From Mizuhopecten yessoensis (lineage: Eukaryota): a stretch of 64,000 bases of DNA. Made by a program: the position numbers and the translations under genes. The DNA is taken from positions 1 to 64,000 of the forward strand of contig NW_018480008.1 of NCBI RefSeq assembly GCF_002113885.1. The letters are read 5' to 3'. Under the pieces are notes generated by a model that worked only from the letters and a program-made list of their open reading frames with translations, was not told where the DNA came from and did no database searches. This document shows positions 39,501-54,500 of this stretch, piece by piece. How positions within the stretch are numbered: the first letter of the stretch is position 1; the number at the start of each line of letters is the position of its first letter.

Positions 39501-42500
39501 AGGTATCGGCTGTGCTGCAGGGTTTTGCAAGGGATTATGTATACTGAAAACGGTGAGTATAATCGACTATATCCTAGTGTTATAGAACACAATATGCTTC
39601 GAAATAAATATAGTCCATTTCCTTAAATAATTATTTTCTTGGTGATATCATTTATTTCCTTGGTGATATCATTTATTTCCATGGTGATATCATTTATCTA
39701 AAGTTATCAATGTGTTATGTTTAAGTACAATTATCCTGATATTACTAATACCAACAAAATGCGTAAATACCATGGACATGCATGGTTTATATACTTATAT
39801 ATTAATATGTAATATAAACATATACATTGCAGTATCGTCTTGCACAGGTATGCTGCCTAGCAAATTAAGCCCAAAGACCAACTTTATCCAAAAAATGTTT
39901 CGCTGAACGAGAGTCGTTGACAAAAAAGAATGAAAATGATTCGGATCGTTAAGTTCTTTGAAATTTTCCAATGAGTTTTTTCTTTACTTCACTTGATCAC
40001 TTTTTGCAAAGTAGCGTTAATGTATAGCTATGATTCCCATGTGTTTATGGTGTGTTATAAACACAACCTTTGTGTTTTTCATGTTACAGTATGCTTTATA
40101 TCTCACAATTTGTCTTTGTAGTATGTCGGATTTATGTTGACCTTGTTATTCCTGGAGCTTGGACTTATATTTTTCATATATGCAGAGAAGTCACAGGTAA
40201 TTTTATCAACAGTTTAGTATGTTAGATGATGATATCATTTTTATCCTACATCCTCATTGGTTAAATGATAATCACGTTTAGGTCGGTGATTTGTGATAAT
40301 GACTCGGTGTTGCTATTTTTTAGAAACACCAGGTCAAATTTTCCTATATATTCACCTCAACAACAGTACAGAATTGATCAAAAACGTTCAGTGTTAAGAA
40401 CTACCAGTAAACTTGAATGACTTGTAGTACTCACCTGTGCATTAAGGTAGGTAAATCTCACACAGAAGGTTAATGTCACACGGTAGGTAAATCTCACACA
40501 GAAAGTTAACATCACACGGTAGGTTAACGTCACACGGTAAGTAAGCGTAACACGGTAGGTTAACGCCATGCAGTAGGTTAACGTCACACGGTAGATACAC
40601 GTCACACTTTTTGTTCTCTCTGTTTTCCAGATACCAAGCGTCATGCTCGACTCCTGGGACGGACTGAATACAGACACACAGTATAAGATTCAAAGCGAGG
40701 TAAATGTTCACTTCACGTTCCGATATAGTGTGCTATTGGGACGCCAAGACAATTATTGTTTTCAAATTTCTTCCCAACGATGATTTTCACGGGCTGCTGC
40801 CAGCCTAATAATGACCGCACTTTTGATATAGATGTCTGCTAACATAAGTTTGATATTTCATCACCTATTTGATATAGTTATAAAACGAAAGCCATCGTAT
40901 CTTAGAATCTTTTTGACTAAAAAGACATTTGTTATAACTTGTACGGCTATGTTGTTACAGTTGGAGTGTTGCGGTATACAGAACTATACGGAGTACGGAA
41001 CGGACGTGGAATCCTACCCCTCTAGCTGCTTTGTTGTGTATGGCGTCACTGGAATCATCGAGAAAACAGTCGATAACCTCTTCACAGTGAGCAAAGCTTA
41101 TATTACACCAATTAAACTATTTTTATCTGGTTATCACTTGTGTTGGCATGAATAACCTTTTATAACCCGAAGGATAAAATAGATATTGGTTTTTTAAACA
41201 ACATTTAACATCAATGATATGAATACAACCATAATGCATGCATGATTTAAGTTGTAATAATCTATTATTTTTTCTTTCTCAACGTATTTCATTAACTTAA
41301 TGTCAACCGGCCAGAGTATGTCGTATTCTATAAAACCGGTTTTGTTATTTCAAGGTGGACTGTCTGACTCAGATGCAGACCTGGTTGAATGATCACGTCC
41401 CCATATGGGTCTCTGTCATCGTGGCCGTTGCTGTAATAGAGGTAGGTGTCTGGACTCTACAGCGGTGTTGGCAAAGAGCGATTGATGAGTTTATCAAAAT
41501 TATATAATAAATATCTATAATGTAGGCGCACAGTAGAAATCATGGTGTCCGTCTCATCGGCCGTCCGTCCACAATGTGTTAGCTTATCTTATCTCATAAT
41601 CCAGCAGCCTTACATTTTTACATTGTTTACATATTGATAAAATATTGCATATGTAGATGTGCAGTAGGGGGCTAAAAGTGCCTAAGGTCGAAATCACAGT
41701 CACTGTTGCTAAATGGGTATCCTTGGCTATTGTGGGTGATAAATACGGCCATACACACAGCAGAGCCCTTGGTTCCATATAAATGATAAATTTCCTGATT
41801 GTTTATCATGTATGGGGGTCATCACTGTATGCATAAAATAATTAAAATAACAGTGATATACTGTAATAGACATGTATTCAATCTGTAAGACTAGTGTGAT
41901 ATCTAATTGCTGAACATGATTTGATAAAGTTGATAACAAAATTGTGCCATACTGTGTGTCATATTCAATTGCCAATAGATCAATATAAGAAATGACGGTC
42001 AAAAGTTACACTACCTATTATATGATAGTTAATGCTGCATGAAATGGAGCGTGAGCGATATTTTACTAGTTCTAAGTGATATACATGTGTCGTCTGTAGT
42101 ATTTTGTTTTTAATAGTATCATAATTTAACACCACGTGTTAGTAAAATCAATCATATCAGTTTGTCATGTAATATAACGATACTAATTAATAATTTCTCT
42201 TCATTAATATACAGTGCTTAAGCGGCCTCGCCTCCTGTATATTCTTACAACGGGTTCAAAAAAAGTTGAAAGTCGAACCTGTCAACGACGATGATGGAAC
42301 AAATGCGGACATAGAAATGGCAGTTATGGAGGCAGGTTCATCGGACGACAGGGTGTCTGATGAGGAAAATCAAGAAAATGACAATAGAATAAACTCTACT
42401 GGTTTGATACTTGTGACTCCTGCCTCGGAACAGGATATAAAGGATAATACGACTATCGATTATCTCAGTGAGAAAAACGTCGATTCATTATCAACGAATT

Positions 42501-45500
42501 CTCAAAGCGAAGTCAAAGATGAAACAGAAGACGTGATCCATTCTCAAGCAACAATTGATGATCCGTCATTGATACTAGTAGCCTCTGTTTCAAATAAAGA
42601 ACCAGCTATACACGAAACCAATGATTCTATTGCTGACAATGAAGTGGAGATCGTCGCTCTGACACAAACGGCTCCTGGAGATGGGCAGGACAATCGAGCT
42701 GACGAAAATAACGACGATTTAAGTTCAAATCAAAATACACCCGAACCGTCTGTGATAGTAGTTGCCTCTATAACCAAAGGTGAAACATCTGTAACAAGAA
42801 AAACAACAGATTCGTCTGATCAGGACAAAGTGGATTCATCAGTCCATGGAGAAAGGGATGAAGATGGTGATTTAAAGGTCGATAACAAAGATAGTGACAA
42901 TATTTCCCAACATAGCGAGCCTGATCGGAGCTTGATCGTGGTCGTCTCTGTAACCAAGGGAGAAACATCAACGGACAAGGAAGCGAACAAAATTGTTGAT
43001 AATGATCAGAGGGATATCGAAACCCTGACTCGGACGCCTCCTTTGGATGATACGAAAGATGCAAAAGATGAAAAAGTTGAAGATAAAAGTACATGCGATC
43101 AGACAATCGTAATAATTGCTTCTGAAAGAGATGACGAGAATTCAGTAAGATCAGAAAATAAAGCGATCGACGAATCTATAGACGAGAAAAGTAACGAAGA
43201 TAAAAACGACACCATGTCTATTCATAGTTTACCTGATCCGACTCTGTTACTGGTTGCCTCGGTTTCAAGGAAAGAAACTACCGTGACAGACACCAAAGAC
43301 GATGCTAATGGCATTGAAGTGGACACAGTCGCAATGGTGCAAATGACACCGAAAGACACGAACAAAGTGGACAGGCAAGACAACATTTCAAATCCCGAAC
43401 CATCCGACCAAAATGTGTTATTAGTCGCATCATTGACAAAGAGAGAAACGGCACAGAAAAACGGTTTTGAAGATACAGTGGGTACAATGTCCGAAGAACA
43501 ACCTGAACTCAAAGTCAAAGAAATAATAAAGGAGAGCAATGACGATCTAAGTTCAAATCCAATAGAACCTGATGCATCATTTATTACGGTAACCTCTCTG
43601 TCACACGCAGAGAATTCTGACGTAAAAGAAGTCACTGATTCTGCAGACAAGGTTGAAGTCGGTTCCGTAGCTCAGACACAAATGAATACAGTCGCCGTTA
43701 ATGACGATGGCAACACTGACATCACCCAAGATATCAATTCCGAACATATTGTCCCCGAGAAATCTTTGGTATTGTTTACTTCTGAACAAGAGATAGAAAT
43801 ATCTGGCAAAAAGGAAACAACTGATTCTTTGAAGGATTATGCAGTAGATACAGCAGTCTTGGAAGAAATGAATGGTAACAGGGAAAAAGAAAACAATGAT
43901 GAAAAAGATGACGTCACAATTTCTATTCATAGCACTTCTGAACCTTCTCTATTATTTGTTGCATCATTGTCAAAGGACTCTTCAGAAATAGTAGACGACA
44001 AGGAAATGGAAACAACTGCTTCGACACATATGGTTTCCGAGGATGTGACGAGCAATATAAAAGACGAAAACGACGACAATTTAAGTTCAAATGAAAGAAC
44101 ATCCGACCTGTCTGTGATAGCAGTTGCCACTGTGACGAATGGAGAAACATGTGGTATAAAGAAAGTGACCGATTCGTCTGTACTAGACCAAGTGGGATCA
44201 GTCCCGGAGGAAATAGAGGAACATGGTGATTTGAAGGACGATCATAAAGATGGTGACAGTATTTCCCGACAAAGCGAGCCTGATCTGAGCTTGGTCATGG
44301 CCGTCCCTGTAACAAAGGGTGACACGGTTGAGGAGGGGAAGATCATTGTTGACAATTATCAGGGGGATATCGCAACCCCGACTTGGACAACTCCTGGGGA
44401 CGAAACAAAAGATGAGAAAAATGATGACACCATTTCCAATAAAAGTACATCCGATCAGGATATGGAATCGATTGTTCCAATTTCAACTACTACAAAAACG
44501 AATTATTCTGAAGAGAATGACGTGAATACAATAACGTCGGCAAGTAAGGCTATCGACGCATCGATGGAGGAGATAAATGATGAAAATAAAGACGACACTA
44601 TCTCTATTCATAGTTTACCTGATCCGACTGTTTTACTGGTTGCCTCAGTTTCAAAAACAGCCGTGGTGGATACTAAGGATACCATTGATAACATTGAGAT
44701 GAACAATATACAAATGGCATCAAGTGATATGAAAGAAATTAACACAGAAGAAAAACAAGCCGACGTTTCCAGTCCCGAACCACCCGACCCGTCTTTGATA
44801 TTGGTCCCATCTGTGACGAAGGAGGAAACGTTACCAGAAAATGAAACTGTTACGGTGTCTGAAGAACAAACGGGGCTCCAAGAAATGACAAAGGAGAGCA
44901 AAGATGAAAGAGACGAAGAAACAAATTCAAATCAAATAAAACCTGATGTGCCATTGCTTATGGCCGCCTCTGTGTCACACGCAGAGAAATCAAATGTGAA
45001 GGAAGCCACGGATTCTGTTGACAATTATGAAGTCGATTCCGTAGCTCAGATACAGATGAATGCAGTCGACATTAGTGAAGATGACAACACTGACATGATC
45101 AAAGACATAAATTCTGATCATATTGTCACTGATCCATCTTTGAAAATGCTCATTTCTGAGAAAGAAGGGGAGATGTCTACGGAAAAGGAAATTTCAGATT
45201 CTTTTAAAGAAGAAGTAGTAGACACAGTTGCCCTGAAACAAATTGAGCATAACACGACAACGGAGAACAATGGTGAAAAAGATGATGACGCCACCATTTC
45301 CATTCAAAGCACATCTGAACCGTCTTTATTTCTGGTTGCATCATTGTCCAATGAAGAATCATTTTCTTATCCAGCCAACAGAGATGCAAAAGACGACAAT
45401 GAAGGAGAGATAGTCGCTCTAAAACGTATATATCCCAATAATGTAATGGATAATGAGAACGACGTAACAGGCGACGATACAAGTTCAAATCACAGTACAT

Positions 45501-48500
45501 CCGACCCCTCTGTGGAAGCAGAAACGTGTGAAATAACGAAAGCAACCGATTCGTCTAAACACGAAAAAGTTGAATCATTTATCCCGGAGGAAATTGAGGA
45601 AAATGGTGATTTAAAGGACGATAACAAAGAAGGTGACAATATTTCCCACCAGAGCACGCCAGACCAGAGCTTGGTTATGGTCGTCTCTGTAACGAAGGAA
45701 TCATCAACGGACAAGGAAGTGAATACAATTGTTGATAATGATCAGGGCGACATCGAAACACCGACATCAACGACCCCTGATGACGTTAAAAAAGATGAAA
45801 AAGATGATGATACCGTATCAAATCAAAGTACATGCTGTGAGGAAATGGTATTGATTACCCCGACTTCCACAAAACAGACACCTTCTGAAAATAAAATAAT
45901 GGATTATACGTCACAGGATGACGTCAATACAGTTACATCAGAAGACAAAGACATGGCAGTGTTGGTAGAGGAAAGAAATTGTGAAAATAAAGAAGACACC
46001 ATTTCTATTCATAGTCTACCCGATCCGACGCTGTTACTGGTTACAACAGAATCAAGGACAGAAACGTCCGTGATGGAAAATAAGGACGCTGTTGATGACA
46101 TTGAAGACGACACAGTAGCATTGGAACAAATGACACCATTAGATGTGAAAGACATTAGCAAAGAGAATAGTCTAGACAATATTTCCAGCCATAATCCATT
46201 CGACCCGTCTTTGATGTTCGTTGCAACTGTGACGCAGGAAGAAACGCTCCCAGAAAAAGAAATATTTTTTAAAGATGCACCAGTAAGAGAGGATGTAGAG
46301 GGAATGGATATCAAAGAAATGATAAAGTATAACAAAGATGAACATGAAAATGACACGAGTTCCACTCCATTAGAACCTGATGTGTCATCGATTAGGGTCG
46401 CCGCTGTATCATACGCTGAAAGGACAGATGTAAACGAACTCACAGATGCTGTTGACAAGTTTGAAGTTAGTTCTGAAGCTCAGACACAGATGAAAACAGC
46501 TGATGTTAAAGACGACAAAAAACCCGACATCACCGAAGACATTCGTTCCGAACACATGATGCCCAATCCACATTTGATAATGCCTAAATCTGAGCAAGAG
46601 GGAGAAAAATCTGGCGAAATGGAAACTACTGATCTTTTGAAAGATGAAGAAGTAGATAGAGCAGCCTTGGAAGAAATGGAACATAACCAGGCGATGGAGA
46701 ACAATGATAAAAAAGATTATGACGTCACCATTTCTGTTCAGAGCACTTTTGAACCGTCTTCATTACTTGGTGCAACATTTTCAAATGCAGAAACGTTTAT
46801 TGAAGAAGGCATTACAGATGTAGTGGGCGACGATGAAGGGGAAACAGGAGCTCTGAATCAAACGGTGCCTGTTGATGGGAAAGACGAAAACAAAAATAAA
46901 ATCATTGGAGAACCTATTTCCTTGACACCTGAAATGCCTTTAATAGTTGCTGCGTCTTTATCAAATGAAGAAACATCTCCTATAAAGGAAACTTCTGATC
47001 GGGGAGCGCAAGACAATGGAGCGATACTCAAAGTGTCGAGAGAAGAGAGTAAAGATAAAAAGGATATCGGCAGCATTTCGCTTCATGTATCACATGACAA
47101 GTCAGATTCGTTAGTACCATACAAAGTGGATACGGCATCATTCGAACAAATGGTCCCACCTGATGTAACTTCTGCGATGGTGGGAATAACAAATTCGAAG
47201 GAAAAAGATGCAAATGTAGCTGTTGAACGAACGGCGATTAATGATGTTCCAACGAATGACTCAAACTCTATGAATATCACATTCGATCCTTCATTGACAC
47301 TGAGCGCCACGGCGAACACTGCCGAGTTATCCGCGCAAGCCAACATGGACGCATTTGCATTAGATCAACCTGATGATGTGAAAGAAGACACAACGAATCA
47401 AACTGAAGACAACACCGTTTCAAAACAAGGTACATCTGATTCCTGTTTGCAACTAGTTGCTTCGATGTCATCATTAGACGAAACATCAGACCAAAATGGT
47501 ATGAACACTATAACTTTGGATCAAACGGCGATCGATGTACCAACTGACATTTCCATTCATAGTCCACCTGATAAGGCTTCGACATTGGAAGCTAGAGTGT
47601 CATTTTCGAAAAAAAATGCAATTAAGGAATCTGAGGATTTTTCAGGGATAGAAGACATGAGCACAGAATCCTCCGACGTGGCAGATGGTGCAAAATTCAA
47701 AATAGCTGATGCCACCACTTCCAATGATAACACACTTACTCCATCCTTGACAGTGGTTCACCCAGTACCAACTGAAGATGCATACAATGTAGAGGAAAAA
47801 TCAGAAAATGGCGACGTAGTCGACATGGACATATTACCGATGGATCAAATAGAAGCCTGTGGTACGGATGAAACAGTTGATGGCCTCTTTTCTATTCAAA
47901 GCACCCATGATTCACCATCAACTGATGCGGACGGCACAAATTCCGATCATGTTGGACATGCTAGATATTTGTCTGTGGTGGAAGATGTCGGCATAGAAGC
48001 ATTAGAACAAGACAAACATAAGAATGTGAAGGACAATTACAAAGATGAGTTTGAAGACGATTCCACTCCTAATCATGGTGCACGTGATCCCTCTTTGGAA
48101 CCAGTTGCTATGGTGTCAGCTAATGAAATGCATGCCACAAATGAAGATGTAGATGCGTCACAAACAGAGATCACTGAAACCATACCGAATACATCAGAAG
48201 AAGAAGACATAGACGCAATGCCTAAAGACCAAACGGAGGACTGTGATGAGTCAGACAGCAGGAAGGAACAAATAGACGAGGACACCAATTCGAACCTTGA
48301 TATTCACGTTATGCCTATGGAAATTATTCCTTTGGTATTAACAAATGTGTCACAAAAAGTTGTCACTGATGCAATACCGTTGGAACACACGGAGCCTAGT
48401 AATCTGAAGTTTAATAACATTATAGAAACAACAAACGACTCAATTTCCAAACAAATAACACTCGATTTAACTTCAGACCTTGTTGCACCGTTACCAATGC

Positions 48501-51500
48501 CGGAATTGACTTCAATCAAGGAATCCGATAACTCGGAAACAGAAAACACGGATGCATTACCGATGCATGAAAAGGAGCCTTGTTATTTAGAAAACGATAG
48601 CAAGGATGTAAAAGACGACGACAACATCATCAATCAAACTTTGAAACAAACTGAGTTGTTGTCAAATGGTGAAAAATCTATCGTAACGGAAAATAAAAAC
48701 ACAACAGTAAATGAAGTTTCGGACACAATAAAATTGGAACAAACGAAGTCTGACGATGTTACAAGAGATAGCAAGGAAGAAATTACCGACGACACTGAAG
48801 ACACACTTGGTTCGTCTTTGGAACTTGGTGCCTTGGTATCAACGAATGAAACATATGCAGTAAATGCTGACGAGTCAAAAATAGAGGTCATAGACGCAGT
48901 TCCGATAAATCAAACTATACATGGTGATATGGATAATGAGACTACAACCAATCCCACTTCGGAAATGATTGCGTCTGTATTAATCCAAGAAAAGTCGTTC
49001 ATAGAAGAAACAGAATCATCAGAAAAAGGCATTATTGGTGCATGTCAGATGGATCAAACGGAGGCTTGTGAAGTGGAAAACAATAACAAGAATGAAGCAG
49101 AGGATACCAACTCCACCATTCAAAGTACACAGGATTCATCTTTGAAACAAGCTCCTTTGGTTTCACCTGATGAAAAATTTACCGTTGCGGAATGTACAAA
49201 CTCAACAGCGAACGAAAATCCAGACACACCAGAATTTGAAAAAACAGATACTGACGTTGTAATGGACGTTAGCGAGGAAAGAGTATCCAAGGATACTCTT
49301 TCCAATCATGGTATGAATGACCCGTCTTTGGAGCTTGATGCTATGGTATCAACAGAAGCGTCAAAACAATTCAGCGGAGCAACGCCGACTGAACAAACGG
49401 CGCCTGGTGGTTTGAAGAACAATGACTATATTGAAACGACAAACGACCCAATTTTCAATCAAATAACACTCGATTCCACTTTAAACCTGGTTGTACCAGT
49501 ATCAATGCCAGAAATAACTTCAATCAAGGAAACCGATAACTCGGATACAGAAGGTACGAAGACATTACCGATGGATGAAAAAGAGCCTTGTAATTTAAAC
49601 AACGATATCAAGGATGAAACAGACTACGACACATTCACCATTCAAACTTTAAAACATTCTGATTTGATATCAACTGGTGAAAATACTACAGAAAAAAAAG
49701 TTCTGGACACAACAATACTAGAACAAATGAAGGCTGACGATGTTACAAGCAAGAAAGAAGAAATGGCCAACGACACTCCTTCCAATGAAGATACACGTGA
49801 TCCGACTTTGGAACTTGGTGAAATTGTATTAGCTAATGAAAATTCCGTACTAAATGAAGTTACTGGTGTGTCAAGAATGGAGCTCGTAGACGCAGTTACG
49901 ATCGAACAAACTTTACCTGGTGACCCGAAGTTCGAGATGGATAATGAAATAACACCCATTCCCACCTCAGGACTAATTGCGACTGTATCAATCCCAGCAA
50001 TAACTTCAATCGAAGTAACAGATTCATCAGAAAAAGATGTAATTGTTGCATGTCAGATGGATGAAACGGAGGCTTGTGTTGTGGAAAACGATAACGGGAA
50101 TGAACAAGAGGACACATTCACCTCTCAGAATTTGTCTTTGAAACAAGCTGTTCAGGTATCAACTGACGAAAAAACTACCATTTTCTCCTCAGAACTAGTT
50201 GCGCCGGTATTGACGCCACACATGGTTTCAATCAAGGAAACTGATTCATCAGAAAAGGAAGGCATGGAGACATTACCAATGGATCAAACGGATGACACCT
50301 TCACCACTCAAACGCTGAAACTTACTGATGAAAAGTATATCATTACAAAAGATACAGCCACAACGGAATTGGAACAAAGGGAGGCAAGCGATGTGACAAA
50401 CGATAACAAGGAAGAAAGTACTGACGGCACTCTTTGTAAAGAAGGTAAGCCTTATCCGTCTATAAAGCCTGTTGCCTTGGTATCAACAAATGACATGATT
50501 TCAATTGATGAAGTTGCTGATACGTCAGTAGGAGAGATCGTTGACACAATACCGATTCTAGATGATTTGGTATCAACTCAGGACACGTTTGCAGTTGTTG
50601 AACAATCAGATACTACAGGCGACGAAGTTCCGGACACAACAGCATTGGAGAAAGGTGAAGGTGGCAATGTAACAGACAGTAAGGAGGTTATTGCCGACAG
50701 CAGTATTTCTGATCATGGTACACATGATCCGTGTTTGGGAATGTCTGCTTTGTTATCCACAGATAAGTCAGAAAAAGAAGTCGCTGGCGCAATACTGACT
50801 GAGCACACGGCGTCTGTTGATCTGCAGCACAACACCGATAACAAAACAACAAACGACACAGTTCCTGACCAAATACCACTCGATCTGAATTCAGAACTGG
50901 TTCTGACGGTGCCAAGTTCAGAAAGTTCAGAAATGCCTACAATAAAGGAAACCGAGTCAATGGAAACATTGCCGACGGATGAAATGGTGTCTTGTCATTT
51001 CGAAAACAATAACAAGGATGTAACATCTGACGACATCTTAACCACTCAAAGTATACAGGATCCTTCTTTCAAACGAACAAATGAAACATCTGTCATGGAA
51101 GAAAATGAAAACATCACAAAAATTGAAATATCGGACACACAAGCATTGGGACAAACAGAGACTCGCCATGTGACGACGGATAATGAAGAAATAGCCGAGG
51201 CCACTATTTCCAATGAAAGATTGCATGATCCGTCTTTGGAAATTGTTGCTTTGGTATCAACTGATCAAACGTATGCAACAGATGCAATTGCTGATAAGTC
51301 AGAAAAAGAGGTCGTTGAACAAACGGTACCTGCTCTTCTGACGCTCGATATCGGTAATGAAACTGCACCCGATCCCGATTCGAAATTGATTGCATCTGTA
51401 TCAATTCAAGTAATGTCTACAGTCGAAGAACCCGATTTATCAGCAAAAGAAAGTATTGGTGAATTACAAATTGATCAAACCGTGGCTTGTGGGGTGGAAA

Positions 51501-54500
51501 ACGATGACAAAGGTAAAAATGAGGATATCACCTTCACTCAAATTACTCGGGATTCATCTTTGAAACAAGCTGCTCTGGTATCAACTGATGAAAAATTTAC
51601 CATTGCCGAACAGACAGACGTCACAGAAAACGAAGATCCAGATACAACAGAACCGGAACAAATGGAGGCTGACATTGTGACAGGCGAAAACAAAAAGGAA
51701 ATGACAGAGGACACTATTTCCAGTCATGGTTTGCATGATCCGTCTTTGGAACTTGATGTTTTGGTATCCACAAAAGAAATCGATGAAATAGCTGATGCGT
51801 CAAAAGAAGAGGCCTTCAGCGCAATACCGATTGAACAAACAGTAACGAGTGATCTTACGATCGACATTCAAACGCAGGACTCGTCTTCGAAACTAGCTGC
51901 TTCGGTATCAGCAAATACATCTAAACTAGTGGAACAATCAGACATCACTAACAACGATCATCTGGTTAAAACAGCATTGGAGAAGAAAACGGATAATGAA
52001 GATGCGACAGACGGTAACAAAGAAGAAATAGCCAGATACTCTTTTGCCAATGAAGACTTTGACCAAACGGTACCTGATGATCTGACGCTCGATATCGGTA
52101 ATGAAACTGCACCCGATTCTCATTCAGAACTGATTGCATCTGTATCAACCCAAGACATCTCTTCAGTCGGAGAAACAGATTCGTCAGAAAAAGAAAGTTT
52201 TGATGCATTACAGATTGATCAAATGGAGGTTTGCGAGGTGGAAAGCAAAAGAGCTAGCGATACTATCACCATTCAAAATACAAAGGATTCATCTTCGAAA
52301 CAAGCAGCCTTGGTATCAACAAATAAAACGTCTTCAATTGTGGAAAATTCAGATACCTCGTACAATGAAGATCTGGAAACAGCAGCACTGGGAAAAACAG
52401 ATGCAACAGATGATAACAAGGAAGAAATAGCCAAGATTACTATGTCTGATCATAATAGGCATGATCCGTCATTGGAATCTAATGTTATGGCATCAAATGA
52501 CGAAACTTCCTCAATCAATGAAGATCCTGATACGGCAAAGAAAGTGGAGGCTGATACATTACCAATTTATAAAACGGCACCAAGTGATTTGGAATCATCT
52601 CTCGAAATGTCTACAATCAAGGAATCAAATACTTCAGAAAAGGAAGCTAAGGACACTTTACCTATGGACCAAGTAGATTCTTGTTATGTGAGAAACGACA
52701 AGAAGGAAGAAACAGCTAACGATTGCATCAACATTCAAAATACTGCAGATTCATCCTTGAAAGCAGATGCTTTGGAATCAGCTGATGAAATATACACAGA
52801 TATCACAAATGAAGCTTCGAATACAGCAGCGTTGGAACAAAATGAAGCTGGTGATCTGACAGACGGTGGCACAGAAAAACTAGCTGACGAAACTGTTCAA
52901 AATGATGGTAAACCTGAGCCCTCTGGTGAACCTAATGCTGTTGTATCAAACAATGAAAGACTTGCAATTAATGTAGATATTGATGCGTCAGAAAACGGAC
53001 ACGTAGACATAACAACGTCAGCAGAGCACGACATGAACGTATTTCCTATGGATCAAATGGAGGCTGGTGCTACGAAACATGTTAGCAAAGATGACTTAGC
53101 TGAGGAAACCATTTCTGCACATGATACACATAATTCTTCTCCGAAGCCAGCTGATTTGGAATCAAATGATGGAGAGTCTACGAATGAGGGCACTATTGAT
53201 TCGTCAGAAAAAGAAGACGTGGACAGCGAAGTATTAGACGATAAGGAGGACAGTGATGTAATGAACTACAGCAAAGAGGAAGCTGCTGAGGATGTTTCAC
53301 TTTCACTAACAACCGATCAAACGCCAGAAGAGGGCACGAATTCTGAAGCAATGGAAATGAATAATGCTGGCCCAATATTACCTCTAGTGCAAGACACTGA
53401 TGAGAAGCTAAAACCAAAAGGAGATGAGATCATTAGTGAATTATTGAATACAATGGAACAACCTATTAAATCTCCAACAAACACTATGACATCTATGGAA
53501 GGAAAACATACCGAAGGAGTTATTGGTAAAGCTGAAACTCGCTCTGTAAAGGATGAATTCGCTCTCGAACAGCCTAACAACCAAGAGTCAGTAGATCTTT
53601 TGTACCGACAAGAGTGCTTAGAAGCAGGACGTAGTCCGTTACCCGAATCTTCATCAAGCCAAATCGAAGAAATGTCATTTAGAAACACAGATGAGAAAAA
53701 GAACGGTCGAAAAGAAGTCCAAGATAAACACGATAAGGGAACTGTTGATGAAGGCAAAAAAATTGAGTCTAAGGAAGAACAGTTCATGCATTTGGAAGGA
53801 GAAGAAAATAAATCAACGATCGATGAACCTGTTGACAAGAGCCACGACCAGATTCAGGACGAAGTGAAACAAATAGAAAAATGTGATGACACTTACAAAC
53901 CAGTTAAATTAGAAGACAAAAATGAATGTCAGGCTATCAGAGATTCAGATCAAACAAACGCAGAGGAAGACAGAACAACAAACAACGTATCAAAACCTAC
54001 TGACAAACAAATATCAAAACCATCAGTGGATCAAAATGAAGATGAAATACAGAAAGATAGCGAAAAAACTTCATTGGATATTCATCCGAAAAATATCACT
54101 AGCAATCAGATTGCAAGTGATTCAGAGGAGGCTAATGGTGCGGAGTTATTGGACGACCATATCAAAGACAAAACTCCTAAAAACGGAGATATTGATGGTA
54201 CAATTTCTTCTTCTTCACTTAAGATTGATTTGAACGAAGCAGGGTGTCAACGAAATGAGTCAGAAAAGGACAATAATTCAGACAATGAAGAATACAAAGA
54301 TGCGTTGGATTATGTACCGGAAGTAGAAGAGTTTACATTGGCACCAGAAGAAAAAAGAGTAAGTGACAAACCAAAGGTCAATCCAAAATCAAAGGGACAA
54401 CAGCGTATAGACATATCACACGGAAAAGGCAAATCAAGCTTCAAAAAGGGGGCTAAGAAAGAAGTGAAGGAAACAGCTACAAAAGGTTCTAAGAAATCAA

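Noticed and set aside
40378-40711. Minus-strand ORFs with LPCDVN / YRVTLT repeats
   Set aside because: They are translations of an 18-bp intronic minisatellite and the antisense of exon 6.
25455-41441. Assigning a specific tetraspanin ortholog name (CD9, CD63, TSPAN13/31, peripherin)
   Set aside because: The family is clear, but the sequence is too divergent to assign a subfamily without a phylogeny.
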